A DNA stretch of 37,612 nt from an uncultured Lentisphaera sp. (GCA_964526605.1 CAZGJP010000003.1:1-37612); one strand, 5' to 3'; positions 17,630 to 27,045 are shown, counted from the stretch's first letter. Notes: generated from the sequence alone by a model not told the origin. A program made the numbers and translations.

Positions 17630-20119
17630 ATGGGAAGGAACGAAAAGGCCATAGCCAGGATAAGATCATCGCTCAGACGGGGTTTGGACCCGCGCGAAGC
17701 AGCGGGGGGAAGCGCGGTGGAAATGCTTCTCGACAGGTATGCCTCTTTCGCGGACAGGCGCGACAGGGACGGCTTCATATGCTCGTCCGATCTGGAAGTC
17801 CACGATGCGAAGACCCCGCGTCCGAGCCTGCACCTGATGGCATCATGCCATTCGCGCGAGTTCGGGACATGGGGCTCCTACTGGGACCAGTTCGGCGGCG
17901 GGTTCTCCTGCATGGACAGCGTGATGGCGGGCAGGATGACAAGCCATCTTGACACGAACTATGTGCCCACGGCGCCCCAGCCGCAGGACTCCAGAGGTTT
18001 CTACGTCCATGAGTCGGGAGACTCCTGGCCGATGTTCATGCAGGCGGACCACGAGGAGGGCGAGTATGGATCGGTTCTATGCCGCCACGGGCTCGACACG
18101 CATCATATGTCTGCGGAACGGAACGGACTTTCCTGTGAACTGGACGTGATGGTGCATCCTGACCGGCCGGTGGAAATCATGACAGTCAGGATAAGGAACA
18201 AGTCGGGAAGGAGGAGGAGGTTCTCGTGGTTCTCCAGGATCAGGGTCAACGTGGATTCCTTCCCGTTCTACTATTTCGTCCCGAGGGTCGTATGCGAGGG
18301 CGTGATCGAGGACCGGGCCATGCTGTTCGTGAACCACGACAAGTCGAACAAGCATCCGCGGCAGGCATTCTTCGCGTCCGAGCCGCATTTCGACGGATTC
18401 GACATGATGGGAGAGCTTTTCGACGGCATGGGAGGAAGATCCGCCATCCCTCCGGCCGTGCAGAAGGGAAGATGCACTGGAAGCCTCGGAGTGCAGCCAT
18501 ACGCCGGGCTTGTCGCCGCCGCCCAGTTCAATGCGGACTTGAAGGCGGGGGAGATCCGCGAATGGACGCTCGGATACGGGGCCTGTCCCTTGGACAAGGC
18601 CGAGAGAAAAAAGTTCCTACGCGAATTCCGGAAAGATCTGAGGAACCCATCCGCCATAGGTGGAAAACTCTCGGGGCAATGGGACAAATGGATAGACAGC
18701 CTCAAGATAAAGACCCCTTCCCCGGACTTGGACCGATACTTCAACGTGTGGTCCAGATACCAGGCCCGAAACCAGTCGCGCTTCGTCCGCGCCCTGGACA
18801 AAGTCGGCTACAGGGACGTCCTGCAGGACCTTCTCGGCATATGCGACTTCAATCCGGAATACGTCAGGACAATGCTCCTGCGCACCTTGCAGTATCAGTT
18901 TCCCGACGGCAGGGCGGTCAGGCAGTTCGAGAAGTTTCCCAACTCCGGCTGCGACATGAGGATGTACATGGATTCTCCCAGCTGGATACCTGACACGCTG
19001 GCTGAATACCTCAAGGAGAGCGGCGATTTCACCTTCCTCGATGTCGAGGTCCCGTATTTCGACGAGAAGGGAATGAAGCCCGATCCATCGAAGACGGGAA
19101 CCGTCTACGAACACGCATTGATGGCCGTGAAATCCCTGGCCTCCCATACGGGGCATCACGGCCTTTGCAGGATCGGCTACGGCGACTGGAACGATGCCCT
19201 GTCCGGGATTGGCGGAAGCCGTGGCGTGAGCGTCTGGCTGAGCTGCGCATGCGTCCATGCGGCCAGGACAATGGCATCGATCGCGGAAAAACGCGGCGCA
19301 GGGAGGGATGCAAACGATATGAACTCCATCGCCGAGAGGATGTCCGATGCGGTCAACGGGCACGGATGGGATGGACGCTGGTATGTCTACGCGATAGACG
19401 ACGCGGGGCGTCCGGTGGGAAGCGCGAAGTGCAGAGAGGGCAGGATTCATCTCAACGTGAACGCATGGGCCATATTCACCGGCATCGCGCGGAAAGCTGG
19501 CAGGGAGGAGCAGGTCTGGAAGTCTCTCGAATCCCTCGACACTCCTCTCGGGCATCTGCTGATGGCCCCTTCATACACCGCGGCGAGCCGCAAGGACGTC
19601 GGACGGATAGCGGACATTCTTCCGGGGATGTTCGAGAACGGAAGCATCTACCTGCATGGCGAGTCATTCTTCCTGTATGCGCTCGCGAGGAGCGGGAAGG
19701 CCGACGAATGTTTCACCAAGCTCCTCCGCGTCCTCCCGTCCTCCATGATACAGGACATCGCGACGGGACCAAGGCATCAGCAGTCCAACTTCACCGTCGG
19801 CCCCGACCATCCGCAATTCGGCACCCAGCTTTTCAGCAACTCGACCGGCTCCCTCTCATGGTTCAGAAGGATAATAACTGAACTTGTCGGGGTGAAACCC
19901 GGATTCGATTCGCTGCAGATAGCTTTTTCCGCGCCGGAATCATGGAATGGCCACGAGGTCTTCAAGGTCTGGAGAGGAAGGAGGATAAGAATCAAATTCT
20001 CGAAGGCCAGGGCTGGCAAGCCACGCGGCATATTCCTTGATGGAAAGAGATATGACGCTGAAATACCGCTCGGTGACTTCTCCAAGGCCGGAACCAACAT
20101 CGTGGAGGTTGAAATCTGA
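17630..20119 (+). CDS. GH94-type glycoside phosphorylase (cellobiose/chitobiose phosphorylase-like)
   Basis: ~829 aa with no signal peptide. The (alpha/alpha)6-barrel region contains 'CRIGYGDWNDALSGIG' (the GDWND catalytic-Asp motif of GH94), 'RYFNVWSRYQ' and 'GYRDVLQD'. AAGGAG lies 8 nt upstream of the ATG at 17630. Confidence 0.75.
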   Translation: MGRNEKAIARIRSSLRRGLDPREAAGGSAVEMLLDRYASFADRRDRDGFICSSDLEVHDAKTPRPSLHLMASCHSREFGTWGSYWDQFGGGFSCMDSVMAGRMTSHLDTNYVPTAPQPQDSRGFYVHESGDSWPMFMQADHEEGEYGSVLCRHGLDTHHMSAERNGLSCELDVMVHPDRPVEIMTVRIRNKSGRRRRFSWFSRIRVNVDSFPFYYFVPRVVCEGVIEDRAMLFVNHDKSNKHPRQAFFASEPHFDGFDMMGELFDGMGGRSAIPPAVQKGRCTGSLGVQPYAGLVAAAQFNADLKAGEIREWTLGYGACPLDKAERKKFLREFRKDLRNPSAIGGKLSGQWDKWIDSLKIKTPSPDLDRYFNVWSRYQARNQSRFVRALDKVGYRDVLQDLLGICDFNPEYVRTMLLRTLQYQFPDGRAVRQFEKFPNSGCDMRMYMDSPSWIPDTLAEYLKESGDFTFLDVEVPYFDEKGMKPDPSKTGTVYEHALMAVKSLASHTGHHGLCRIGYGDWNDALSGIGGSRGVSVWLSCACVHAARTMASIAEKRGAGRDANDMNSIAERMSDAVNGHGWDGRWYVYAIDDAGRPVGSAKCREGRIHLNVNAWAIFTGIARKAGREEQVWKSLESLDTPLGHLLMAPSYTAASRKDVGRIADILPGMFENGSIYLHGESFFLYALARSGKADECFTKLLRVLPSSMIQDIATGPRHQQSNFTVGPDHPQFGTQLFSNSTGSLSWFRRIITELVGVKPGFDSLQIAFSAPESWNGHEVFKVWRGRRIRIKFSKARAGKPRGIFLDGKRYDAEIPLGDFSKAGTNIVEVEI

Positions 20120-20271
20120 CGCGACGCCCGGGGACAGCCCGGGAAAACAGCGCGACAGGAAAAAGGCGGAAGAGCGATATGCTCCTCATTCGTTCCTTGG
20201 TAAAAGCCATAATAGCAGCCAGCAAATGTAGCACTTGTTGTTTAACAGTCCCTAAAAAAGGAGATTCAACC

Positions 20272-20691
20272 ATGGACAACTGCATTTTCTGCAAGATAGT
20301 GGAAGGGACAATTCCGTGCGCGAAAATATACGAGGACGAACTCGTGCTCGCCTTTCTGGACATCTCCCCCATATGCAAGGGACATGCGCTCGTCATACCC
20401 AAGGAGCACCACCAGAGCATATCATCGGTGCCGGAAAATGTCGCCGGAAGAATCACGCACGTGGCCGGAAGGATCGGAGTCGCTTTCAAGAGGGCGCTCG
20501 ATGTGGACGGCTTCAACTTCCATCTCTCCGACGGGGCCTGCGCCGGACAGGTCGTATGGCACGCGCACATGCACGTGGTTCCGAGGGGGCCCGAGGACGG
20601 CTTCCGCTGGAACTGGCGGCAGTTGAAATACGCATCAGAAGCGGAACGGAACGAATTCGCCGGGAAGATAAAAGACAAGCTCAAGACATGA
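20272..20691 (+). CDS. HIT (histidine triad) family nucleotide hydrolase/transferase
   Basis: 'CIFCKIVEG', 'HALVIPKEH', 'HAHMHVVPR' (HxHxHxx). AAGGAG lies 7 nt upstream of the ATG at 20272, which is in frame within track ORF 20179-20691. Confidence 0.9.
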   Translation: MDNCIFCKIVEGTIPCAKIYEDELVLAFLDISPICKGHALVIPKEHHQSISSVPENVAGRITHVAGRIGVAFKRALDVDGFNFHLSDGACAGQVVWHAHMHVVPRGPEDGFRWNWRQLKYASEAERNEFAGKIKDKLKT

Positions 20692-21641
20692 AGGACAGTC
20701 CGAAAATAAGACATCCTGCCGTAGCCGGACAATTCTACGACGACGATCCGCTGCGTTTGCGCGCTGAAATCCTTTCATATCTCGAAGCCCCAGTGGGAAA
20801 AACAAATCCCTCCCCGCGGGAAGGCAGGCCCATCGCTCTCGTCGCCCCCCACGCAGGATACGTCTATTCGGGCAGGACGGCCGCCAAGGCGTTCTCCCTG
20901 CTGGAGGGATGGAAATACAAGAGGGCTATCGTGATCGCACCCTCCCACCGATACAGGATGCATGGGCTCGCATACGGGGATTTCGACAGCTTCGACACAC
21001 CGCTCGGGACCGTTGCCGTGGACAAGGACGCGCTTGCGAAAATCGCAGAAGCCTGCCCCGCCGTGCAGGAGGCCGGGAGGGCTCACTCGGGAGAGCATTC
21101 GCTCGAGGTTGAACTGCCCTTCCTGCAGATAGTCCAGCCGGAGCTTCCGATGGTCCCGTTCATCTGCGGGACCATTGACGATGCGCTTGCGGACAGCCTC
21201 TCCGACGCCATGCTTGGCTTCCTCGGGGGCGAAAACATCTGGATAATCAGCTCGGACTTCACCCACTACGGACAGGCATTCGGATATCTGCCATTCCTTG
21301 GCGGAGACATCGCCGCGAAGATAAGGAAGTTGGACATGGGCGCGGTGGAGAAAATCCTCGCTCTCGACTACGCCGGATTCCGCGACTACATTGACGAGAC
21401 AGGAGCTACGATCTGCGGGGAGAACCCGATAAAGATACTGCTCCGGACCGCACAAAAGGTCTCGGGCAAGCCTGCGAAAATCGCAACCGAGCTTGTAGCA
21501 TACGCGAACTCGGGGGATATGAGCGGCGACTACTCCCACTGCGTGAGCTACGCTTCAATCGCGTTCTCCCAAAAAAGTGAGGTCGGGCAGCATGCGCGCC
21601 ATGGATCCGGCTTGCGGCCTGCGATGGAAGGAAAAAGATGA
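20688..21641 (+). CDS. MEMO1-family protein (AmmeMemoRadiSam system protein B)
   Basis: 'RHPAVAGQFY', 'VAPHAGYVYSG', 'IAPSHR', 'HSGEHSLEVELPFLQ', 'SSDFTHYG'. The ATG at 20688 overlaps the HIT stop (ATGA). Its stop overlaps the next start (ATGA at 21638). Confidence 0.85.
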   Translation: MKDSPKIRHPAVAGQFYDDDPLRLRAEILSYLEAPVGKTNPSPREGRPIALVAPHAGYVYSGRTAAKAFSLLEGWKYKRAIVIAPSHRYRMHGLAYGDFDSFDTPLGTVAVDKDALAKIAEACPAVQEAGRAHSGEHSLEVELPFLQIVQPELPMVPFICGTIDDALADSLSDAMLGFLGGENIWIISSDFTHYGQAFGYLPFLGGDIAAKIRKLDMGAVEKILALDYAGFRDYIDETGATICGENPIKILLRTAQKVSGKPAKIATELVAYANSGDMSGDYSHCVSYASIAFSQKSEVGQHARHGSGLRPAMEGKR

Positions 21642-22444
21642 AAACGCACGCTACGATTGTTGCCGTCTTGCTTGGCGTCGCCGCAGTTGGAGCGGGCGAG
21701 GCCGGCACCGTGCTCGAGTGGACGCTTGACGGGGAAAGACGCGAAGCCTTGGTCATTCCTCCGGCCAGAAAGACGGATGAAGCGGCTCCGGCCATATTTG
21801 TATTCCACGGGCATGGCGGCTCTTGGAAAAGCATCGAACAGTTGGATTTCCAGAAATACTGGCCGGAAGCCATTATCGTTTGCCCGCAGGGATTGCCGAC
21901 CGCCACCGGGCGCGATCCGGAAGGAAGGCGCTCCGGCTGGCAGCAGACGCTGGGAACGAGCAATGACCGCGACCTAAAATTCATGGATGCTATTTTAAAG
22001 TCTTTGCGAGAGGGCCATGGTCTGGACGAAACCCGCGTGTTCGCAACCGGGCACTCCAATGGCGGAGGATTCACATATCTTTTGAGTGTGACGCGATCCA
22101 AGGTTTTTGCTGCGATCGCTCCATCGGCCGCTGGTGCCCGCGGACTCTTAGCGAGCGAAGATGCCAGACCGATGCCCGTCATGCACATCGCAGGCAAGGC
22201 CGACAATATCGTGCCGTTCGAGAAGCAGCAGCAAATCGTCGAGCTTCTCCGCAAGCGAAATGGATGCGGGGACGAGAGCGGTCCCTGGGCGACGTCAGGC
22301 GATCTTGTCGGCACATTATATCCGTCCAGGAACGGAACCCCGGTTGTCTCCGTGGTGCATCCTGGAACACACAAGTATCCACTCAACGCTCCAGAGTTGA
22401 TCGTTCGTTTTTTCAAGGAACAGTCCGTCGTCAAGACGAGGTAG
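21638..22444 (+). CDS. secreted alpha/beta-hydrolase esterase (PHB-depolymerase / CE1-like)
   Basis: Signal peptide 'MKTHATIVAVLLGVAAVGAGEAG'. 'IFVFHGHGGS' oxyanion region and 'ATGHSNGGGF' nucleophile elbow (GxSxG). Confidence 0.7.
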   Translation: MKTHATIVAVLLGVAAVGAGEAGTVLEWTLDGERREALVIPPARKTDEAAPAIFVFHGHGGSWKSIEQLDFQKYWPEAIIVCPQGLPTATGRDPEGRRSGWQQTLGTSNDRDLKFMDAILKSLREGHGLDETRVFATGHSNGGGFTYLLSVTRSKVFAAIAPSAAGARGLLASEDARPMPVMHIAGKADNIVPFEKQQQIVELLRKRNGCGDESGPWATSGDLVGTLYPSRNGTPVVSVVHPGTHKYPLNAPELIVRFFKEQSVVKTR

Positions 22445-22515
22445 CGGCGTCCGCCGTTTTCCTCTCCGGGAGCTGAACCGATGAGATGGCTGGAGCAGGC
22501 GTTTGCGGACAATAG

Positions 22516-24435
22516 TCACGAGAGCTTGTCCAGTCTTGTTGCTGTCTTGCAGAGAATTTCCTTGATCCTGAAATACTCCGACGGCCGGTTGCGAATGTGC
22601 CAGATTTGCGAATATGTCTGTTCGAAACGGCGCATGTCGTCCGCCGTCCTGGCGATGAATCCGCGATCGGACCTGTTTAATTTCCCCTTCTTTTTCGAAA
22701 TGGTCTGGAGGCATAGATGGGCCTCGTGGACAAGCATGCATCCCTTGGCTCCGGCGAGCAGCTCCAGTTTGGCGAGCTTGTCGAGAGGCTTTGATTTGTC
22801 AAAAATTCCAAGTAGCTCGCATGATAGCTCCCTCAGCCTCCCAATCGCTCTTCCTGTGTCCTCGGGCTTTGTCCTTCTCAACTCGGCCGCGAAAAATCCG
22901 GTCGTGGCGTCGCGTTCCCAGTCCTTCATGTCCTCGCTGGGGCTTGTCCACCAGACAAACGGTCCCCATGATACCATGACAGTTTTGGATATCTCCCTCA
23001 GAACTCCGGCGAGCCGCCCGCTTGCATCGCCAAATTCAAGACGACTGACATCCTCGTCGAATCTACCCATGTCCGAACATGACTCGATGTTCCATGACGC
23101 GGCCGCTCCGAGAATCATTCCATGATATGAAGAGGACAGCGAGTTGATGTGGCCGTAGTCGCCCCAGTCCGTGTTGAGGAGCCCGGCCGCTCCGGCATCG
23201 AGCCCCTTCCTGGCGAAATTGACTATGTTGCGCGATGCCGACTCGATGTTGTTCATCCACGCATTCCAGCCATGCACTCCGCTGCAGACGTAGAATTTCA
23301 ATCCCGACTCCGCGAACGGCTTGGAGTCCCGCTTGCATTCGGGGCTGTAATCCCAGTTCAAGGCTATCGAATCGCGCGGAATTTCGCGCAGCATCTCGGG
23401 CGACTCGAGGACTATCTCGCCCCAGAACATCGGCGTCTTTCCGGTCTTGCGCACAACATTCATTATCTTCTTGAGAAAGTCAACGTATAGCCGGCTCTTT
23501 CCAAGCTTTTTCGCCTTCTCCGCATTCTTCCCCTTGCCCAAATCGAATGTCTCGTCGCAGCAGATGTTGTAGAACTTCGACCTGAAAAGGGGTGCCGTCT
23601 CGAGAATTATCTCCTCGACAAGCCTGAGCGACTCCGGATTCGAGCAGTCAAGCGTGTAGTGGGCCATCCTGTCCCAGAACGAGAACGCCCTTTCCGAGGC
23701 ATCAAGCTCAAGTTCGTTCAAGTGCGACTTGCGCGGACTGCATATGGCCGTGTAGAAATGCCCGAAGGTGCTGAATGACGGGACCAGCTCTATGAAACGC
23801 TCCGCACAGTACCCATCCAAATCCATGATGTCCTGATGGGTCAGAGGATCGCTGCCCTGCCAGATGTCCGGATGGTTCATGTAGGCGAACGTGTGCTCGA
23901 TGTAGAGCTGGAGCTGGTTCAACTTGTAGAACGCCATCTTGTCGGCGAGAGCCTTCAAGGTCTCCAGCTTCGGGACCTTGCCCCTCGTCACATCGTGGTA
24001 GAATCCGCGGACGGGGTAGTCGGGACTGTCCTCGATATTGCAAAATGGCATCTTCAGTCCCTTGGACATTGCCATCTGGCGCAAGGTCTGGACCGCATGG
24101 AAAGCTCCCGCCGGACCGCCCGAGCAAATGGCAATTCCGGCCTCGCCGACATCAATCCGGTAGCCTTCCTCCCCGAACTTCCGGTCAACGCTTATTTCAA
24201 GCCTGGTCCTGCCAAACATGTATTTCTCCCGGAGGCAGGAGTCGGCTATCTCATCTGAAAAGGCCTTTGCGGCTCTCTCCACGCGCGCGTCCTTCCGGGA
24301 CTTGAATCTGATATCCAGTTCCCCCAGCCGCAAATCTTTTCCGCCGCGGAACGCAATTGATTTCGGCTCTGGAATCAGAATGGGACGATTCTTCATGATC
24401 TGCACCATTGATGTGTTGTCTTTCTCTAAACGCAA
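22516..24435 (-). CDS. GH20-like beta-N-acetylhexosaminidase family protein (with N-terminal GH20b-like domain), no signal peptide
   Basis: 'ILIPEPKSIAF' at the start of the N-terminal domain, 'GAFHAVQTLRQ', 'IEDSPDYPVRGFYHDVTRGKVP', 'KLNQLQLYIEHTF', 'FYNICCDETFDLGKG' (Asp-Glu pair). The start is uncertain: TTG at 24435, ATG at 24408 or ATG at 24396. Confidence 0.7.
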   Translation of the reverse strand: MRLEKDNTSMVQIMKNRPILIPEPKSIAFRGGKDLRLGELDIRFKSRKDARVERAAKAFSDEIADSCLREKYMFGRTRLEISVDRKFGEEGYRIDVGEAGIAICSGGPAGAFHAVQTLRQMAMSKGLKMPFCNIEDSPDYPVRGFYHDVTRGKVPKLETLKALADKMAFYKLNQLQLYIEHTFAYMNHPDIWQGSDPLTHQDIMDLDGYCAERFIELVPSFSTFGHFYTAICSPRKSHLNELELDASERAFSFWDRMAHYTLDCSNPESLRLVEEIILETAPLFRSKFYNICCDETFDLGKGKNAEKAKKLGKSRLYVDFLKKIMNVVRKTGKTPMFWGEIVLESPEMLREIPRDSIALNWDYSPECKRDSKPFAESGLKFYVCSGVHGWNAWMNNIESASRNIVNFARKGLDAGAAGLLNTDWGDYGHINSLSSSYHGMILGAAASWNIESCSDMGRFDEDVSRLEFGDASGRLAGVLREISKTVMVSWGPFVWWTSPSEDMKDWERDATTGFFAAELRRTKPEDTGRAIGRLRELSCELLGIFDKSKPLDKLAKLELLAGAKGCMLVHEAHLCLQTISKKKGKLNRSDRGFIARTADDMRRFEQTYSQIWHIRNRPSEYFRIKEILCKTATRLDKLS

Positions 24436-24444
24436 AATTTAGTT

Positions 24445-25842
24445 TCACTTGGACAATTTCCGTGATATCTCCCTGATTTCTTCGAAGGAGGACATCAATT
24501 TTTCGATGTCCTGCGCATCCTTCTCCCCGAATTCCGCGCCGTCGTCGTCCAGTGATGCGATCGTGTCGGACAGCGCGGACAGGAAGGAAGAGAACTTTCC
24601 GAATTCATCCTGCGGGATCGAGCTTAGGAGTGTTCCGGTCTTTTCGGATTCGAGGATGGTCCGGAGCATCTCGTCGTAGGTGTCCAACAGCCTCCCCCTC
24701 AGGACTCCTCTGGCGGAATCCGCCGATGCGTTGTATTTCTCCTCGAGTTTCTCCCAGTTCTCCTCCATCATTATCTCGAAGGAAACTTTCTGCGCCTCGT
24801 CCGCGAACTGTCCCGGCGCGAGCTTCATGAGGCGTTCATACACGGCATCGAGGGTCAGCTTTCTGAACATGGCGTCGTTCATATACGAGTCAACAATCTC
24901 GGGCAGGACCGCAAGCCCTATCTCGTCCAGAATGTCACCGAGGGCCTTGGTCCGGCCTGCGGATATCGAAAGCATTTCTTCGGGGATCTCCCGGGTCTCC
25001 TCCTCCGGAATCTTGTTCCAAAGTATTCCATCCCCGGCTCGACGGACTATTCCCACCTGGCATGACGCTCTGAGGAACTCATCGAAGCTGATCGGAGGGT
25101 CGCGCAATATGTCGGGAGCGGCGAGAAAGACTTCCTCCATCTGCTCCCGAAAGCCTATCGCCTCTCCAAGCTCGTCGAAAATACCGAGAAAGGCCTGCTC
25201 CATCCTTATGCACCACTTCTTGAGGACATTCGGCCTCCTGCGCTCCGAGGCGGTCTTGAGGCGGAAAGAGAAGCTCCCCTTGCCGTAATCCTCAACCCGG
25301 AAGATCAATGTGTCACCCTTCCTGAAGCCGCTCCTCCCGTAGAAATCCTTCATGGAAAAGGCCGGAATCTCCGTCCTCCCACGCCTTTTCGGCTTGATCT
25401 TTTTCGCGGAGAACGGGAATTTCGCGTCGATCACTGTCGTTGAGACCATAGGCCTAGCCAGTCCGGCTGCGGGCCCCTTGTTCATGTGCAGGAGGCTGAA
25501 GCTGGCCACATCAACATCGGCCCGGGCGAAAACCCGGAAAAAATCGCCCGGAATGAATATCCCCGCCTTCAGCTCGTCATCCGACGGAGTTGAACAGAAC
25601 TCCGCCCCCTTCATGAATACAGTCCTGGGGATGAAAGACAAGAGCGCACCATCCTCCCATATCCCGAAAATATCGTCGTTGCCGGAAAGAACCTTCTCGA
25701 CGGAATCGGCAAGTTCGTCCTTGGGGATGGCAGGAAAATCGCAGGATATGCTGTCGGCTATGCTCATCGCGGTGAACGAGTCCTTCCTGGAGACAGCCTC
25801 CTCGTCTATCCTCCTGGCCAGGTTTTCATCGCAGCTCTTCAA
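24445..25842 (-). CDS. hypothetical protein, 465 aa, acidic, no recognised domain
   Basis: Long ORF with coding-like composition. Its start overlaps the fabI stop (4-nt overlap at 25839-25842) and its stop is 9 nt from the next ORF. I could identify no motif. Confidence 0.6.
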   Translation of the reverse strand: MKSCDENLARRIDEEAVSRKDSFTAMSIADSISCDFPAIPKDELADSVEKVLSGNDDIFGIWEDGALLSFIPRTVFMKGAEFCSTPSDDELKAGIFIPGDFFRVFARADVDVASFSLLHMNKGPAAGLARPMVSTTVIDAKFPFSAKKIKPKRRGRTEIPAFSMKDFYGRSGFRKGDTLIFRVEDYGKGSFSFRLKTASERRRPNVLKKWCIRMEQAFLGIFDELGEAIGFREQMEEVFLAAPDILRDPPISFDEFLRASCQVGIVRRAGDGILWNKIPEEETREIPEEMLSISAGRTKALGDILDEIGLAVLPEIVDSYMNDAMFRKLTLDAVYERLMKLAPGQFADEAQKVSFEIMMEENWEKLEEKYNASADSARGVLRGRLLDTYDEMLRTILESEKTGTLLSSIPQDEFGKFSSFLSALSDTIASLDDDGAEFGEKDAQDIEKLMSSFEEIREISRKLSK

Positions 25843-26639
25843 GGCGACACCGCCTTGGAGACGATCCCCTTGTCGAAATAGTTCGTGGACATCCCGGCAT
25901 CAACAATTATTGTCTGGGCGTTTATCCCCGCCGAGCGCGGGCTGAGCAGGAAGGTGGCGACGGCCGCCACCTCGCTTGTCTCCAGATTCCGCTTCCTGAG
26001 CGTGGCCTTTTCGGCGAAAAGATACGGCTCGATGTATCCGGGAATCCCCGCCGACGAGGAGGTCTTCAGAAGTCCGGCACCCACCGCGTTCACCCTTATT
26101 CCATACGGGGCCGAAAGCGACTTGGCCAGGAAGCACACGCTCGAGTCGAGAGCCGCCTTCGCCGGAGCCATGAATCCGTAGCTCTCCGCCGCCATCCGGG
26201 TGCTCGATATGGATATGGTGACCATCGAGGAGTCCTTCTCCATCATGTCCTTGTATAGGTCGGCAATGCGGATGAACGACCAGCAGGATATGTCCACCGC
26301 CTCGAGAAAATCCTTCCGCGACGTCGAATGGAATGGCCTCGGCCCCTCGGCGAAATTCGCAAACGCCGCGGAATGGACTATCCCATGCATGCTCCCGAAC
26401 TCGGATTTCACCCGCCCGGCGGCGGACAGCATCTGCTCGTCGCTGCGAAAATCGCAGATGCAAAAGGGGATTCCGGGCAGTATCTTCTCCAGCGACGAGG
26501 CGTGCTCGCCGCTCTGGACCGAGACCATCACCGACGCCCCCTCGTCGACCAGCGTCCGCGCAATGTGATATGCGACACTCTTGCGGTTGGCCACTCCGAA
26601 GACGAGTATCCTTCTGCCTTCAAGCCCTAGAAAAGACAT
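25839..26639 (-). CDS. fabI: enoyl-[acyl-carrier-protein] reductase (NADH), FabI-type SDR
   Basis: 'GRRILVFGVANRKSVAYHIARTLVDEGASV' matches E. coli '[23 protein letters not shown]'. 'YGFMAPAKAALDS' is the Y-x6-K motif. 'IRVNAVGAGLLKT' is also present. Confidence 0.85.
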   Translation of the reverse strand: MSFLGLEGRRILVFGVANRKSVAYHIARTLVDEGASVMVSVQSGEHASSLEKILPGIPFCICDFRSDEQMLSAAGRVKSEFGSMHGIVHSAAFANFAEGPRPFHSTSRKDFLEAVDISCWSFIRIADLYKDMMEKDSSMVTISISSTRMAAESYGFMAPAKAALDSSVCFLAKSLSAPYGIRVNAVGAGLLKTSSSAGIPGYIEPYLFAEKATLRKRNLETSEVAAVATFLLSPRSAGINAQTIIVDAGMSTNYFDKGIVSKAVSP

Positions 26640-27045
26640 CTTGCACCATGAGGTTTTTATTCGTCATGTGTGGAAATTATGCCCCCCGGCAGGAAAATCA
26701 AGGGGCGCTTCGCATATAATCCCGCAGGACGGTGGGCCTGCATTGACAATTCCATGGCTTGATTTCCGCCGTCTCCGCGCCCACATTTGATCCACGATGA
26801 AAGTCAAAATTCCTGTCAGTTATTCAAGCTAGAAGTTGCCGAACCCGACTTCCCAACGCAATGTCTGGGAGAAGAGACTTTTCCGGTGGCTGATTCCGGT
26901 CGGGCATTTACACAGAATGGCAGCGATGAAACCTTGATATTCCGAGAACAAAGCCTAGCTTACCACTGGGACTTTGGCTATGTTGCATGCCATGTCGAAG
27001 GATCTAAGACACGCAATTCATCATCTAAAAGGTCAATTGGGAAAA

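Noticed and set aside
20127-20143. GC hairpin CCCGGG-gacag-CCCGGG just after the GH94 stop.
   Set aside because: It is a 6-bp stem followed by an A-run, not a U-run, so it does not fit an intrinsic terminator on the + strand. CCCGGG is self-complementary, so such pairs arise easily in GC-rich DNA.
22445-22462. Possible intrinsic terminator CGGC-GTCC-GCCG followed by TTTT, right after the esterase stop.
   Set aside because: The stem is only 4-5 bp and the U-tract only 4 nt. That is too weak to call without transcript 3'-end data.
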